A stretch of 64,000 nucleotides of DNA from Candidatus Eiseniibacteriota bacterium (lineage in GTDB: Bacteria > Eisenbacteria > RBG-16-71-46 > CAZEPH01): the NCBI GenBank assembly GCA_044229145.1, contig JBGATO010000002.1, positions 32,001 to 96,000 of the forward strand. The letters are read 5' to 3'. The position numbers and the translations under genes were made by a program. Below the pieces are notes generated by a model. That model was not told the origin of the DNA and made no database searches. It saw only the letters and a program-made list of their open reading frames with translations. Positions 1 through 9,837 of this stretch are shown here, one piece after another; within the stretch, counting starts at the first letter, position 1; the number at the start of each line of letters is the position of its first letter.

Positions 1-201
1 TTCCTTGGCTACGCGCAGGCGTGGCGCCGCAAGAACCGTCCGGAGTCGATGCGCACCGCCGTGCTCACGGACCCGCACTCGTCGGCGCAATGGCGCGTCA
101 ATGGCCCGGCGTCGAACATGTTGGAGTTCCGCCAGGCGTTCGGTTGCAAGGCGGGCGACGGCATGGTGCGGCCGGACGACGTGCGAGCGCAGATCTGGTA
201 G
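1..201 (+). CDS. M13 family metallopeptidase (neprilysin/PepO-like), C-terminal fragment
   Basis: Frame 1 reads FLGYAQAW...TDPHS...RVNGPASNM.EF..AFGCK.GD.M...IW*, the typical M13 C-terminus. Truncated by the window edge and absent from the ORF track. Confidence 0.85.
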   Translation, partial: FLGYAQAWRRKNRPESMRTAVLTDPHSSAQWRVNGPASNMLEFRQAFGCKAGDGMVRPDDVRAQIW

Positions 202-217
202 GGGCGTGATGTCCTGA

Positions 218-255
218 CGAAGCCCCCGGTGCCCGCGTGGCGCCGGGGGCTTTCG
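218..255 (+). terminator. Probable intrinsic terminator hairpin
   Basis: Inverted repeat GAAGCCCCCGG...CCGGGGGCTTTC directly after the M13 stop. Confidence 0.65.
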
Positions 256-382
256 CATGCGCGATGGACGCGTGACCCGCCACCTCCGGCCCATTGATCG
301 CTGCGCCCGATGGCGCACAATCGGCCGCGATCGTGCGGCGGGCCGGCGCCCGCCGGTACCGCGTTCCGTCGCGAGGTGTCCC

Positions 383-1801
383 GTGAGCGAGCACCGCACC
401 ATCATCGAACCGTTCCGCATCAAGGCCGTCGAGCAGCTGCGCTTCACCACCCGCGCCGAACGCGAGGGCTTGCTCCGCAAAGCCCACTACAATCCGTTCT
501 TGCTCCACGCCGACGACGTCCTGATCGACTTGCTCACCGACAGCGGCACCTCCGCGATGAGTGCCAAGCAGTGGGCCGGGGTCATGGACGGCGACGAATC
601 CTACGCCGGCTCGCGCAGTTACTTTCACTTCGAGGATGTCGCCGGACGCATCTTCGGCTTCACGCACATCATTCCGGTGCACCAAGGGCGCGCCGCCGAG
701 CGCATCCTGTTCACCAACCTCTTGAGCGACTTCGGCGAGGATGGCCGCCTGAGTCCGGCCGGCGCCGGCAAGCTGATTCCGTCGAACAATCACTTCGATA
801 CGACGCGCGCCAACATCGAATTCAACGGCGCCGAGGCGGTCGACTTGGTGATCGAGGAAGGCCGTCACCCCGAGACCCTCCATCCGTTCAAGGGCAACAT
901 GGACGTCGCCGCACTCGAGGCATTGCTGCGCGAACATGCGTCCGCCGGCCGCGTGCCCGTCGTCATGCTCACCATCACCGACAACACCAACGGCGGCCAG
1001 CCGGTGTCGATGGCGAACATCCGCGCCGTGAGCCAGGCATGCCGCCGTCACGACGTGCCGTTCTTCCTCGACGCCTGCCGCTTCGCCGAGAACGCGTACT
1101 TCATCAAGTTGCGTGAAGAGGGCTATGCGGACCGCAGCGTGCTGTCGATCGCGCAGGAGATGTTCTCCTACGCCGACGGCTGCACGATGTCGGCGAAGAA
1201 GGACGCGTTCGCCAACATCGGCGGCTTCCTGGCGATGAACGACGAGCAACTCTACGAACGCTGCAAGATGCTGCTCATCATCACCGAGGGATTCGAGTCG
1301 TACGGCGGACTGGCGGGGCGCGACCTCGAAGCCATCGCGCAAGGGTTGGAGGAGGTGCTCGACGAGCACTACCTCGCGTATCGTTTGCGCTCCACCGCGT
1401 ACCTCGGCGAGAAGCTGACGAGCGCTGGGGTGCCGATCCTGCAGCCGCCGGGCGGTCACGCCATCTACATCGACGCGCGCCGGTTCTTCGCGCACGTCCC
1501 GGTCGACCACTATCCCGGCCAAGCCGTGGTGGCGGCGATGTATGTCGAGGGCGGCATTCGCGCCGTCGAAATCGGCAGCGTGATGTTCGGCACCTACGAC
1601 GCGCAGGGCGCACTGGTGCCGGCCGCCATGGATTTGGTGCGCTTGGCGATTCCGCGACGCGTCTATACGCAGAGTCACATCGACTACGTCGGCGAAGTGC
1701 TGGCGGAGATCGCGACGAAGCGGACGACGTATCCGGGATTCCGCATCGTCACCGAACCGCGCTTCCTGCGTCACTTCACGGCGACCTTCGCACCCGCGTA
1801 G
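383..1801 (+). CDS. tnaA: Tryptophanase (beta-eliminating lyase)
   Basis: IEPFRIK, IDLLTDSGT, PLP-lysine motif MSAKKD and C-terminal LRHFTA (His is typical of tryptophanase; tyrosine phenol-lyase has LRFFTA). GTG start with GAGGTG SD. Confidence 0.88.
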   Translation: MSEHRTIIEPFRIKAVEQLRFTTRAEREGLLRKAHYNPFLLHADDVLIDLLTDSGTSAMSAKQWAGVMDGDESYAGSRSYFHFEDVAGRIFGFTHIIPVHQGRAAERILFTNLLSDFGEDGRLSPAGAGKLIPSNNHFDTTRANIEFNGAEAVDLVIEEGRHPETLHPFKGNMDVAALEALLREHASAGRVPVVMLTITDNTNGGQPVSMANIRAVSQACRRHDVPFFLDACRFAENAYFIKLREEGYADRSVLSIAQEMFSYADGCTMSAKKDAFANIGGFLAMNDEQLYERCKMLLIITEGFESYGGLAGRDLEAIAQGLEEVLDEHYLAYRLRSTAYLGEKLTSAGVPILQPPGGHAIYIDARRFFAHVPVDHYPGQAVVAAMYVEGGIRAVEIGSVMFGTYDAQGALVPAAMDLVRLAIPRRVYTQSHIDYVGEVLAEIATKRTTYPGFRIVTEPRFLRHFTATFAPA

Positions 1802-1814
1802 GGCGGCACGCGGC

Positions 1815-1843
1815 TAGACAGACCGCGCACGAGCACCGATACT
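1815..1843 (+). promoter_or_regulatory. Putative sigma70-type promoter for the IYD-HAD pair
   Basis: TAGACA-N17-GATACT in the tnaA-IYD gap. Confidence 0.4.
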
Positions 1844-1877
1844 GCGGCGCCCACGCCAGGGTCCCCGGAGGTGTCGC

Positions 1878-2597
1878 GTGTCAGATCTCTCGTTCGTGCC
1901 GTATCGTCCGCCGCGCCCACGCGGCGACGATGCGCGGCGTCAACTCGCCGCGTTCCATGCCTCGTTGGAGGCGCGCCGCTCGGTCCGCGAGTTCAGCCCC
2001 GAGCCGGTGCCGCGCGATCTCGTCGAACAATGTGTCCGCGTCGCCAGCACGGCGCCGAGCGGTGCGCACAAGCAGCCGTGGACGTATGTCGCGATCAGCG
2101 ACCCGGCGATCAAGCAGCGCATGCGCGACGCCGCCGAGATCGTCGAACGCGACAACTACGACTGGCGCATGTCGGGCGAGTGGAAGGACGACCTCCGCGC
2201 GCTTGGCACCACGGCCGCCAAACCGCACTTCACCGAGGCACCGTGGATCGTGGTGGTGTTCCAGCAGGATCACGAGGTGCGTCCGGACGGCTCGGTGGGC
2301 AAGCACTACTACGTGACGCAGTCGGTCGGGATCTCGGTGGGCATGTTCCTCGCCGCCGTGCAGCAGGCGGGCTTGGCCGCGCTCGTGCACACGCCGAGTC
2401 CGATGGAATTCCTGCGCGAGCTGCTCCAACGGCCGCGAAACGAGCGGGCCTTCTGCGTGATTCCGCTCGGCTATCCGAGCGATACCTGCATGGTGCCGAA
2501 TCTCACGCGCAAGCCTCTCGAGCGCGTGCTCCTGGTCGATCCGCCCATGCGCGACGTCCACTTCCGCTCCGGCGACGAAGCGGTGGAGGAGCCGTGA
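1878..2597 (+). CDS. Iodotyrosine deiodinase-like nitroreductase-family flavoprotein
   Basis: RRSVREFS, TAPSGAHKQPW, lid E..NY...W...L..LGT...KP, HTPSPM and C-terminal VP.L.RK, all characteristic of IYD. GGAGGT SD. Confidence 0.85.
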   Translation: MSDLSFVPYRPPRPRGDDARRQLAAFHASLEARRSVREFSPEPVPRDLVEQCVRVASTAPSGAHKQPWTYVAISDPAIKQRMRDAAEIVERDNYDWRMSGEWKDDLRALGTTAAKPHFTEAPWIVVVFQQDHEVRPDGSVGKHYYVTQSVGISVGMFLAAVQQAGLAALVHTPSPMEFLRELLQRPRNERAFCVIPLGYPSDTCMVPNLTRKPLERVLLVDPPMRDVHFRSGDEAVEEP

Positions 2598-3262
2598 ACC
2601 GCGCGTTCACCCTCGTGACGTTCGACTGCTACGGGACCTTGATCGACTGGGAAAGCGGTATCGCATCGGCGTTCGCGGCGCACGCGGCGCGATGCGGCGT
2701 GCCATGTGACCGCGCGGCCGTGCTCGCCGCGTACGCACGTCACGAACCGCAGGTCGAAGCCGAGTCGTTTCGGCCGTATCGCGACGTGCTCGCGGAGACC
2801 GCACGCCGCGTCTGCGCCGACCTCGCGTGGCCGTGCGAGGACGCCACATTTCTCGCCGAGTCGCTGCCGGCCTGGCAACCGTTCGCCGACACCAACGCCG
2901 CGCTCGAGCGGTTGGCACGTGCCGGCCTGCAACTCGGCATCCTCTCCAATGTCGACGACGATCTGCTCGCAGCCACGCGCCGCCACTTCCCGGTGGAGTT
3001 CGAGGTCATCGTCACCGCGCAACAGGTGCGGTCGTACAAGCCGGCGCCCGGCCATTGGGACGAAGCACTGCGCCGGCGCGGCGGCGACACGCACGGATGG
3101 CTGCACGCCGCGCAGTCGTACTTCCACGACGTCGAACCGTGCGTGGCGCGCGGCCTGCCGGTGGCGTGGGTGAATCGTGGCGGCGAGACGGCGCCGCGCG
3201 CGGCGCGGCCGCTCGTCGAGGTGCCGACGCTCGCAGCGCTTGCCGACTGGCTCGGTGCCTAA
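2594..3262 (+). CDS. Haloacid dehalogenase type II-like HAD hydrolase
   Basis: FDCYGTLIDWE, ILSNVD, SYKP, HAAQSYFHD; GTGA overlap with the upstream stop. Confidence 0.8.
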   Translation: MNRAFTLVTFDCYGTLIDWESGIASAFAAHAARCGVPCDRAAVLAAYARHEPQVEAESFRPYRDVLAETARRVCADLAWPCEDATFLAESLPAWQPFADTNAALERLARAGLQLGILSNVDDDLLAATRRHFPVEFEVIVTAQQVRSYKPAPGHWDEALRRRGGDTHGWLHAAQSYFHDVEPCVARGLPVAWVNRGGETAPRAARPLVEVPTLAALADWLGA

Positions 3263-3264
3263 CG

Positions 3265-5979
3265 TTACCGCAGCGCCGTCACCCGCATCGTGCTGACGCG
3301 GCCCGCCGCGCTCAGCCGCACGACGTAGATCCCCGCGGGCAACGCGGCGGCGCCCGGCGCGCGCAGCGCGAACGGCACGGCGTAGGTGCCGGCGTTGCGC
3401 GAACCGCTCATCAGCGTGCGCACCTTCTCGCCCGCGAGGTTGAAGACGTCGAGTCGCACGTCGCCACGCCGCGGCAACGTGAACGCGATCGCGGTGGCGC
3501 CCACGAACGGCACGGCGCCGACGGCGCGCAGCTGCAACACGGTTGCGTCGCTCTGCGGATGCTCGGCGATCGCGGTCGGCGTGCACGAGCCACACCCCAT
3601 CGTCACCGATTTGATCAGCACGTTGTCCACCCACACGCCGCTCGCGCCCACCGACTGATCGCTCGCCATCGAGAAGCGCGGCTGGAACGTGTGATTGGCG
3701 AGCCCGGCGATGCGCAGGTGTACGTGCTTCCAGCCGCCGCTGTCGCCGGCCCAGCCCTGACGGTCGCCGTTCGAGGTGCCGCCGGTGTTGCGCGTCAAGT
3801 AGTGGTCGTAGCGCTGCGTGAACTCGACGGCGTCGGCGGTCGCGAAGTGTGAACCGCCGCCGTCGACGCTGTATTCGAACGACGCGCCATCGAAGCCGGT
3901 GCGCGCATCTTGCGCTTCGGTGTTGTACCGGACGTCGAAGTCGACGTCGACATACGTCGCGCTGCCGCCGATCGAGAAGGTCGGGCAGTAGATGCGGCCA
4001 AACGTCGACACCGTGCTGTCGCTGGCGAACAGCGCGTTGGGCGCCGACGGCGCGGTGCCGTCGGCGACGCTGCGCCAGTTGAGCACCGCGCACGACGCAC
4101 AGCCGTTGATGCGCGACCATCCTGCCGGCAGGTCCGGCAGCGTGAGTGCGTCGAAAGTTTCGTTGATCAGCGTGGTCGTGCTCGCCACCACGCCGGTGTG
4201 CAGCGCGAATTCCACGTACGTGCTCGCCATGCCGGGCGCGGTGATATCGAGACGGAGCTTCACGTCTTGGCCGCACGGGTAGCCCTCATCGAGCTTGAGG
4301 CTGAATGGCGTCAGGTTGTTGCCGGAGCCGCCGGAGACGATACCGAGTGGATACGCCGAGGCGCCGCCGAGGATGATGACGCCGTCGACGCGCGCACTCA
4401 GCGTCGCCGACACGTTGGACAGCGTGCTGCGACCGATGTTTTGGAGCGGCACCGTGAGTGTGGCGACTTCACCGGCGACCAAGAACCCGTCGTTCGCCGT
4501 GCACCCTTGATCGGTGAACGTGACGCTGCCCGGCCGCACGCGCACCGGCACCACTTGCCCGAGATTCTGCACCAGCGCGCTCAGCGGATCCGCGCCGGTG
4601 CCGATCGCGGTGGGATCGGCAAAGCTGGCCGCCGCCGCATAGGCGTTGAGCGTCGCGGTGGTCGTCGTGGCGTCGATGTAGTCGCCCTGATGCGGCGCGC
4701 CGAAGTTGTTGCCGGACTCGTTGTGCCACGGGGTCGAGTTGACCGGCACGGGCGACGACCACGTCACGCCGAAGTCCGTCGAGTAGGTGTAGAACAGGTC
4801 GGTCCAGTCGTCATTGCCGCTTCCCGCGGACTCGTCGTACCAGAAGACGTCCTCGCGGCCGTTGCTGGCGCACGCGATGGTCGGGAACACCTGCGGACGG
4901 TCGCTGCCGGGAAAGGCGTTGAGCGCGACCGGCATCGACCACGTTTGGCCGCCGTCGCTCGACTTGCAGAAGCTGACGTCCTGGAGATCGCCTGATGTGG
5001 TGCCGTTCTGCGACGCCGCGTGCACGACGACGACATCGCCGTTGACGGGATTGATCGCGACGCTTGGATAGCTGTTGTAGCGGTCGAAGCCGTACGGCGG
5101 CAGTACCTGGCTGTACGTATGCAGCAACGTCGGGCCCTGCCAGCTGGTCCCGTTGTTGGTGGAGCGCGACCCGTAGATCGCGGTCGACGATCCGGAGTAG
5201 CCGAACCACACGATCTGCACACTGTTCGAAATCGACGACACCGCGATGCTCGCGCCCTGGCCGTTGGTGCCGACCGTCGCCGCGGACGACCACGTGGCGC
5301 CCTGGGTGTCCGAGTACGAGACCTTCATCGCGTTGGTGCCGCTGGCCGGGAAGTCGGTCCACACGACGAGCAGACGGCCGGTCTCGGGATCGACGGCGAT
5401 CCATTCCTTGTCGGCGGCGTGATTGAGCACGTTGGCCGGCGTGACCTCGAACGGCCCGGCCCACGTTTGGCCGCCATCGGTGGAACGGTGCACGCAGAGC
5501 GATTGCCGGCTCAGGCTGTTGAGGAAGATCGAGGCGTAGTACCACACCGACGGACCGCCACCAGCCGGCGTGTACACCGCGAGCGCCGGGTCGCCGTAGA
5601 GATTCTTGCCGGTGCCGATCGACAACTGGCCGCCGTCGTGGAACGTCGCCCCGCCGTCGGCGGACCAGTAGACGCCCGAGGTGCTGGTGGCGCCGCGGAA
5701 ATCGTTCGCGCCCATCACGACGGTATCGCCGGCCACCGCGATCGACATCTCGCTCTGAATGCTCGAGAGCGCGAGCGACCCCAGCGTGCCGGCCGGACCG
5801 AGGCGCCGATGCGGCGTGAGACCGGTGAACGGAGCCTCCGTGATCGCGCCGTCGAAGTTCGGAACCGCCGGCTCACGCTGCGGCCGGTTCTGCGGCGACC
5901 ACGCGAACGCGGCGGACGCGGTGAGCACCGCACAGACAACCAAGGCACGGCAGGACACAGCGCGAACGCGACGCAGCAT
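3265..5979 (-). CDS. Secreted Asp-box (BNR) beta-propeller protein (sialidase-like fold) with FlgD-Ig/T9SS-like C-terminal domain, paralog 1
   Basis: Signal peptide, six SxDxGxTW-type repeats, C-terminal VFNLAGEKVRTL...GIYVVRL; GGAGG SD. Confidence 0.8.
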   Translation of the reverse strand: MLRRVRAVSCRALVVCAVLTASAAFAWSPQNRPQREPAVPNFDGAITEAPFTGLTPHRRLGPAGTLGSLALSSIQSEMSIAVAGDTVVMGANDFRGATSTSGVYWSADGGATFHDGGQLSIGTGKNLYGDPALAVYTPAGGGPSVWYYASIFLNSLSRQSLCVHRSTDGGQTWAGPFEVTPANVLNHAADKEWIAVDPETGRLLVVWTDFPASGTNAMKVSYSDTQGATWSSAATVGTNGQGASIAVSSISNSVQIVWFGYSGSSTAIYGSRSTNNGTSWQGPTLLHTYSQVLPPYGFDRYNSYPSVAINPVNGDVVVVHAASQNGTTSGDLQDVSFCKSSDGGQTWSMPVALNAFPGSDRPQVFPTIACASNGREDVFWYDESAGSGNDDWTDLFYTYSTDFGVTWSSPVPVNSTPWHNESGNNFGAPHQGDYIDATTTTATLNAYAAAASFADPTAIGTGADPLSALVQNLGQVVPVRVRPGSVTFTDQGCTANDGFLVAGEVATLTVPLQNIGRSTLSNVSATLSARVDGVIILGGASAYPLGIVSGGSGNNLTPFSLKLDEGYPCGQDVKLRLDITAPGMASTYVEFALHTGVVASTTTLINETFDALTLPDLPAGWSRINGCASCAVLNWRSVADGTAPSAPNALFASDSTVSTFGRIYCPTFSIGGSATYVDVDFDVRYNTEAQDARTGFDGASFEYSVDGGGSHFATADAVEFTQRYDHYLTRNTGGTSNGDRQGWAGDSGGWKHVHLRIAGLANHTFQPRFSMASDQSVGASGVWVDNVLIKSVTMGCGSCTPTAIAEHPQSDATVLQLRAVGAVPFVGATAIAFTLPRRGDVRLDVFNLAGEKVRTLMSGSRNAGTYAVPFALRAPGAAALPAGIYVVRLSAAGRVSTMRVTALR

Positions 5980-6170
5980 CAGACGATTCCTCCACGACGG
6001 AGACGACAGGCTCTCGGGGGGCAGGGAAGCGATGCGTGGGCGCGGTGGGTGCGCTGCCGGGGCGAGATCGAGAGAAGCATAGCGCGGGGTGCGGGCAGTG
6101 CCTAGTCTGCGCGCCGCGGCGCTCAGCCGTTCTGCGTCAGGCGGCGCAGGGCGAATCGCACGATCGGGCG

Positions 6171-6213
6171 AAATGCACGAGCGGCGCGAGAGCCGAAGCT
6201 CCCGCGCCGCCCG
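6171..6213 (-). terminator. Intrinsic terminator between the tandem paralogs
   Basis: Minus strand GGGCGGCGCGGGAGC-TTCG-GCTCTCGCGCCGCTC followed by a weak T-tract. Confidence 0.65.
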
Positions 6214-6244
6214 CTGAGGCGTTGCGTTGGTGCCGAAGCGCCGA

Positions 6245-8974
6245 CTACCGCAGAGCCGTCACACGGATCGCGTGGCTCGCGCCACCGACCGTCATGCGGA
6301 TCACGTACACACCCGCCGGCAGCGTCGAGTTGCCCGCGGCCTTGAGCGTGAACGGCAGCGCGTGGGCGCCGGCGTTCTGCGGCCCGTTGGCCAGCGTGCG
6401 CACCTTCTGGCCGGCGAGGTTGTACACCTCGACCGACACCTGCGCGTTACGCGACAGCGTGTAGGCGATCGTGGTGCCGCCGAGGAACGGGTTGCGGCCC
6501 GTCGCGCGGAGGCTGAGCGTCGACTTGCTGTCCGGCGCCTCTTCGATCACGCCCTGCGCGTCGGTGGTGACGCAGTTGCCACAGCCCATCGTCACCGCGT
6601 TGATGACGACGTTGTCGATCCACACGCCCTGGGTCGCGGCGCTGGCGTCGCTCGCCATCGAGAAGCGCGGCGTGAAGGTGTGACCGGCCATGCCCGGGAT
6701 GCGCAGGTGCGAGTGCTTCCAGCCGCCCGACGATCCGCCCCAGCCCTGACGGTCGCCCTGGCTGGTGCCGCCCGTGTTGCGGGTGACGTAGTGGTCGTAG
6801 CGCAGCGACATGTCGATGGCGTCGGCGCTCGCGAAGTGCGACGCGCTGCCGTCCACCGCGTACTCGAACGACGCCGCGTCGAAGGCGAGACGCGAGTCCT
6901 GAACTTCGGTGTCGTACTTGATGTCGAAGTCGACGTCGAGGTAGGTGGTGCCGGCCGGCACCGCCAGCGTGGTCGCGTACAGACGGCCGAAGGTGGTCTT
7001 CGTGCTGTCGGTGGCGAAACACGCGTTGGGCTGCGACGGCGCGGTCGCGTCGACCACCGAGCGCCAGTTGAGCGCCGGGCAGGTCGAGCAGCCGTTGATG
7101 CGCGACCAGCCGGCCGGGACGTTCGGCAGCGTGAGCGCGTCGAAGTTCTCGCTGAGCAGCGTGGTCGTGCTGGCCACCACGCCGGTGCGGAGCGTGAACT
7201 CCTGGTAGGTGCTCGCCATGCCGGCCGCAGCGATGTCGAGGTGCAGCTTCACGTCCTGACCGCACGGGAAGCCCGGCGCCAGGCTGACGACGAACGGCAG
7301 CGAGTTGCTGGTCGTCGCGCCCGAGAGCACGTCGGCGTAGGTCGAGCTGCCGTTGGTGATCGACACGCCCGCGGTGATCGCGGTGAGCGTCGCCGAGATG
7401 CCGGTGACCGCCGTGCGACCGATGTTCTGCAGCGGAATCGCCAGCGTCGCGACTTCACCGGCCACGAGGAAGCCGTCGTTCGCGCCACAGCCCTGGTCGG
7501 TGAAGGTCACCGCGCCCGGACGAATGCGCAGCGGCACCACCTGACCGAGGTCCTGCACCAGCGTGCCCAGCGGGTCCGCGGCGGTGCTGAACGGGTTCAC
7601 GTCGGCGAAGCCGGCCGACGTCGCGTAGGCATTGAGCGAGCCCTGCGCGCCGGCGGCGTCGATGTAGTCACCCTGGTGCGGCGCCGAGAAGTTGTTGCCC
7701 GACTCGTTGTGCCACGGGGTCGAGTTGACCGGCACCGGCGACGACCAGTTGGCGCCTGCGTCCGTCGACCAGGTGTAGAACAGGTCGGTCCAGTCGTCGT
7801 TGCCGGTACCGCACGACTGGTCGTACCAGAACACGTCGACGCGGCCGTTGCTGGCACACGCCACCGTCGGGAACACCTGCGGGCGGTCGTTGCCCGGGAA
7901 GGCGTTGAGGTAGACGGCCGGCGCGAACGTCGCACCGTGGTCGCTCGACTTGATGAAGCGCACGTCCTGCAGGTCGCCGTTGGTGAAGCCGTTGTTCGAC
8001 CCGGCGTGGACGATGTAGAGGTCGCCGTTGGTCGGGCTCACCGTGCAGCTCGGGTACGAGTTGTAGCGGTCGAAGCCGTACGGCGGGATGACGTTGGTGT
8101 AGGTGTCGGCGATGACCGCCGCGCCCCACGTCGCGCCATTGTCCGGCGAGCGCACGACGTTGGTCTTGCCCGAGCTGTACCAGACGACGTAGACGTCGCC
8201 GCTGTTCGGGTCAGCCGCCACGCACGAACCCTGGCCGTTGCTGCCGTACGTCGCGTACGGCGACCACGTCACGCCCTGGTCGTCCGAGTAGGTGACGCGC
8301 ATCGAGTTGGTGCCCGAGGTCGGGAAGTCCGTCCACGAGCAGAACAGGCGGCCGGTTTCCTTGTCGACGGTGATCCATTCCTTGTCGGCGGAACGGCCGC
8401 TGACGTTGGCGACGCTCACCTCGAACGGGCCCTGCCACGTGGCGCCGCCGTCGGTCGAACGGTGCACGCACAGCGTCTGGCGCGCGAGCGAGTTGCGGAA
8501 GATCGACGCGTAGTAGAAGACGCTCGGGCCACCGGCCGGCGGCGTCCACACCGCGAGCACCGGGTCACCGAAGACGTTCTGGCCGGACCCGATCGGCAGT
8601 TGGCCGCCGTCGGTGAAGGTGTTGCCCCCGTCCACCGAGCGGAACACGCCCGACACCGAGGTCGAACCGCGGAAGTCGTTCGCGCCGAGGATGATGGTGT
8701 CCCCGGCCACCGCGATCGACATTTCGCTCTGGATGTTGGAAACCGCCAGCTGCCCGAGGTTTCCGATCGGGCCAAGGCGACGGTGCGGCTGCAACCCGAT
8801 CATCCGGTCCGCTTCGGTGACGCGGCCGTCGAAGGCCGGCACGAACGGTTCGGGCTGCGGGTTGTTCTGTGGGGTGTATGCGTGGGCCGAGACGAGGGAC
8901 AGGCCGAGCGCGCAAACGCTCGCGGCGGCCACCAGTCCGATGCTCACGCGTCCACGGCGAATGCCAGAACGCAT
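6245..8974 (-). CDS. Secreted Asp-box beta-propeller protein with FlgD-Ig/T9SS-like C-terminal domain, paralog 2
   Basis: Colinear with and highly similar to 3265..5979 along its whole length; GGAGGAG SD. Confidence 0.8.
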   Translation of the reverse strand: MRSGIRRGRVSIGLVAAASVCALGLSLVSAHAYTPQNNPQPEPFVPAFDGRVTEADRMIGLQPHRRLGPIGNLGQLAVSNIQSEMSIAVAGDTIILGANDFRGSTSVSGVFRSVDGGNTFTDGGQLPIGSGQNVFGDPVLAVWTPPAGGPSVFYYASIFRNSLARQTLCVHRSTDGGATWQGPFEVSVANVSGRSADKEWITVDKETGRLFCSWTDFPTSGTNSMRVTYSDDQGVTWSPYATYGSNGQGSCVAADPNSGDVYVVWYSSGKTNVVRSPDNGATWGAAVIADTYTNVIPPYGFDRYNSYPSCTVSPTNGDLYIVHAGSNNGFTNGDLQDVRFIKSSDHGATFAPAVYLNAFPGNDRPQVFPTVACASNGRVDVFWYDQSCGTGNDDWTDLFYTWSTDAGANWSSPVPVNSTPWHNESGNNFSAPHQGDYIDAAGAQGSLNAYATSAGFADVNPFSTAADPLGTLVQDLGQVVPLRIRPGAVTFTDQGCGANDGFLVAGEVATLAIPLQNIGRTAVTGISATLTAITAGVSITNGSSTYADVLSGATTSNSLPFVVSLAPGFPCGQDVKLHLDIAAAGMASTYQEFTLRTGVVASTTTLLSENFDALTLPNVPAGWSRINGCSTCPALNWRSVVDATAPSQPNACFATDSTKTTFGRLYATTLAVPAGTTYLDVDFDIKYDTEVQDSRLAFDAASFEYAVDGSASHFASADAIDMSLRYDHYVTRNTGGTSQGDRQGWGGSSGGWKHSHLRIPGMAGHTFTPRFSMASDASAATQGVWIDNVVINAVTMGCGNCVTTDAQGVIEEAPDSKSTLSLRATGRNPFLGGTTIAYTLSRNAQVSVEVYNLAGQKVRTLANGPQNAGAHALPFTLKAAGNSTLPAGVYVIRMTVGGASHAIRVTALR

Positions 8975-9277
8975 GATGACTCCTCCATACGATGTGGGGA
9001 CGTGTCGTGTGGTGCCAGGCTAGGTGCCGGCCACGTGCCTCGTCAGGATGGGGCGACGATGAGGGCCAGCCACCGTGGATGCTTCCTCGCGGCGCGGTGA
9101 GGTGCCGACCGATGAGGGGAGCGAGTCCGGAGGTGCAATGCGGTCATTCCCGCTGGAGACCGAGGTCCGAGAATTCACGCGAGCGTGTGAACGCAAAATG
9201 AACTCTAGCCCCGTCTCTCAGAGCCCGCAATCGGGAATCGTGACGCGACGGCCGCATTTTACCTGCGGCGCTGGCGC

Positions 9278-9306
9278 TTGCCTCGACGCCGGGGCCGGGC
9301 GATAGT
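9278..9306 (+). promoter_or_regulatory. Putative promoter of a leaderless purE transcript
   Basis: TTGCCT-N17-GATAGT, 6 nt before the ATG, no SD. Confidence 0.45.
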
Positions 9307-9312
9307 ACCGCC

Positions 9313-9837
9313 ATGCAGCCATCCGTCTCGTCGTCCGCCACACCCGGCTCCACTCCGCTGGTCGCCGTGATCATGGGCAGCACCTCCGATTGGGAGACGA
9401 TGCGCCACGCGGCCGACGTCCTGACCCGCTTCGGCGTGCCGCACGAGACGCGGGTCGTCTCGGCCCACCGGACCCCGGACCTCCTCGCCAGCTTCGCCCG
9501 CGAGGCGGAAGCCCGCGGGCTGGCGGTCATCATCGCCGGAGCGGGGGGCGCGGCGCATTTGCCCGGGATGGTCGCCGCCCACACGACGGTGCCCGTCCTC
9601 GGGGTGCCGGTCGAATCGAAGGCGCTGCACGGCATGGACTCGCTGCTGTCGATCGTCCAGATGCCGGGCGGCGTGCCCGTGGGAACGCTCGCCATCGGTC
9701 CGGCCGGGGCGACGAACGCCGGCCTGCTGGCGGTGGCGATCCTGGCGACCACGCGGCCGGCGCTCCGCGAGGCGCTGCGGGAGTTCCGCGCCGAGCAGAC
9801 GGCGACCGTGCTCGCCCAGAGCTTGCCGCCGTCATGA
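9313..9837 (+). CDS. purE: N5-carboxyaminoimidazole ribonucleotide mutase
   Basis: [37 protein letters not shown]. Confidence 0.97.
   Translation: MQPSVSSSATPGSTPLVAVIMGSTSDWETMRHAADVLTRFGVPHETRVVSAHRTPDLLASFAREAEARGLAVIIAGAGGAAHLPGMVAAHTTVPVLGVPVESKALHGMDSLLSIVQMPGGVPVGTLAIGPAGATNAGLLAVAILATTRPALREALREFRAEQTATVLAQSLPPS

Noticed and set aside
98..1774. 558-aa antisense ORF over tnaA, and similar long shadow ORFs (6227..9100, 17988..19973, 40647..42122, 52697..54439, 55254..57014)
   Set aside because: They mirror well-supported genes on the opposite strand. Long stop-free antisense frames are expected at this GC content, and they show no motifs.
383..1801. Tyrosine phenol-lyase assignment, which would suit the neighbouring IYD
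   Set aside because: MSAKKD and LRHFTA match tryptophanase rather than TPL (MSGKKD, LRFFTA).
9174..9191. TTCAC-N8-GTGAA palindrome in the 8975-9312 intergenic region
   Set aside because: A single occurrence with no assignable regulator; could be chance.
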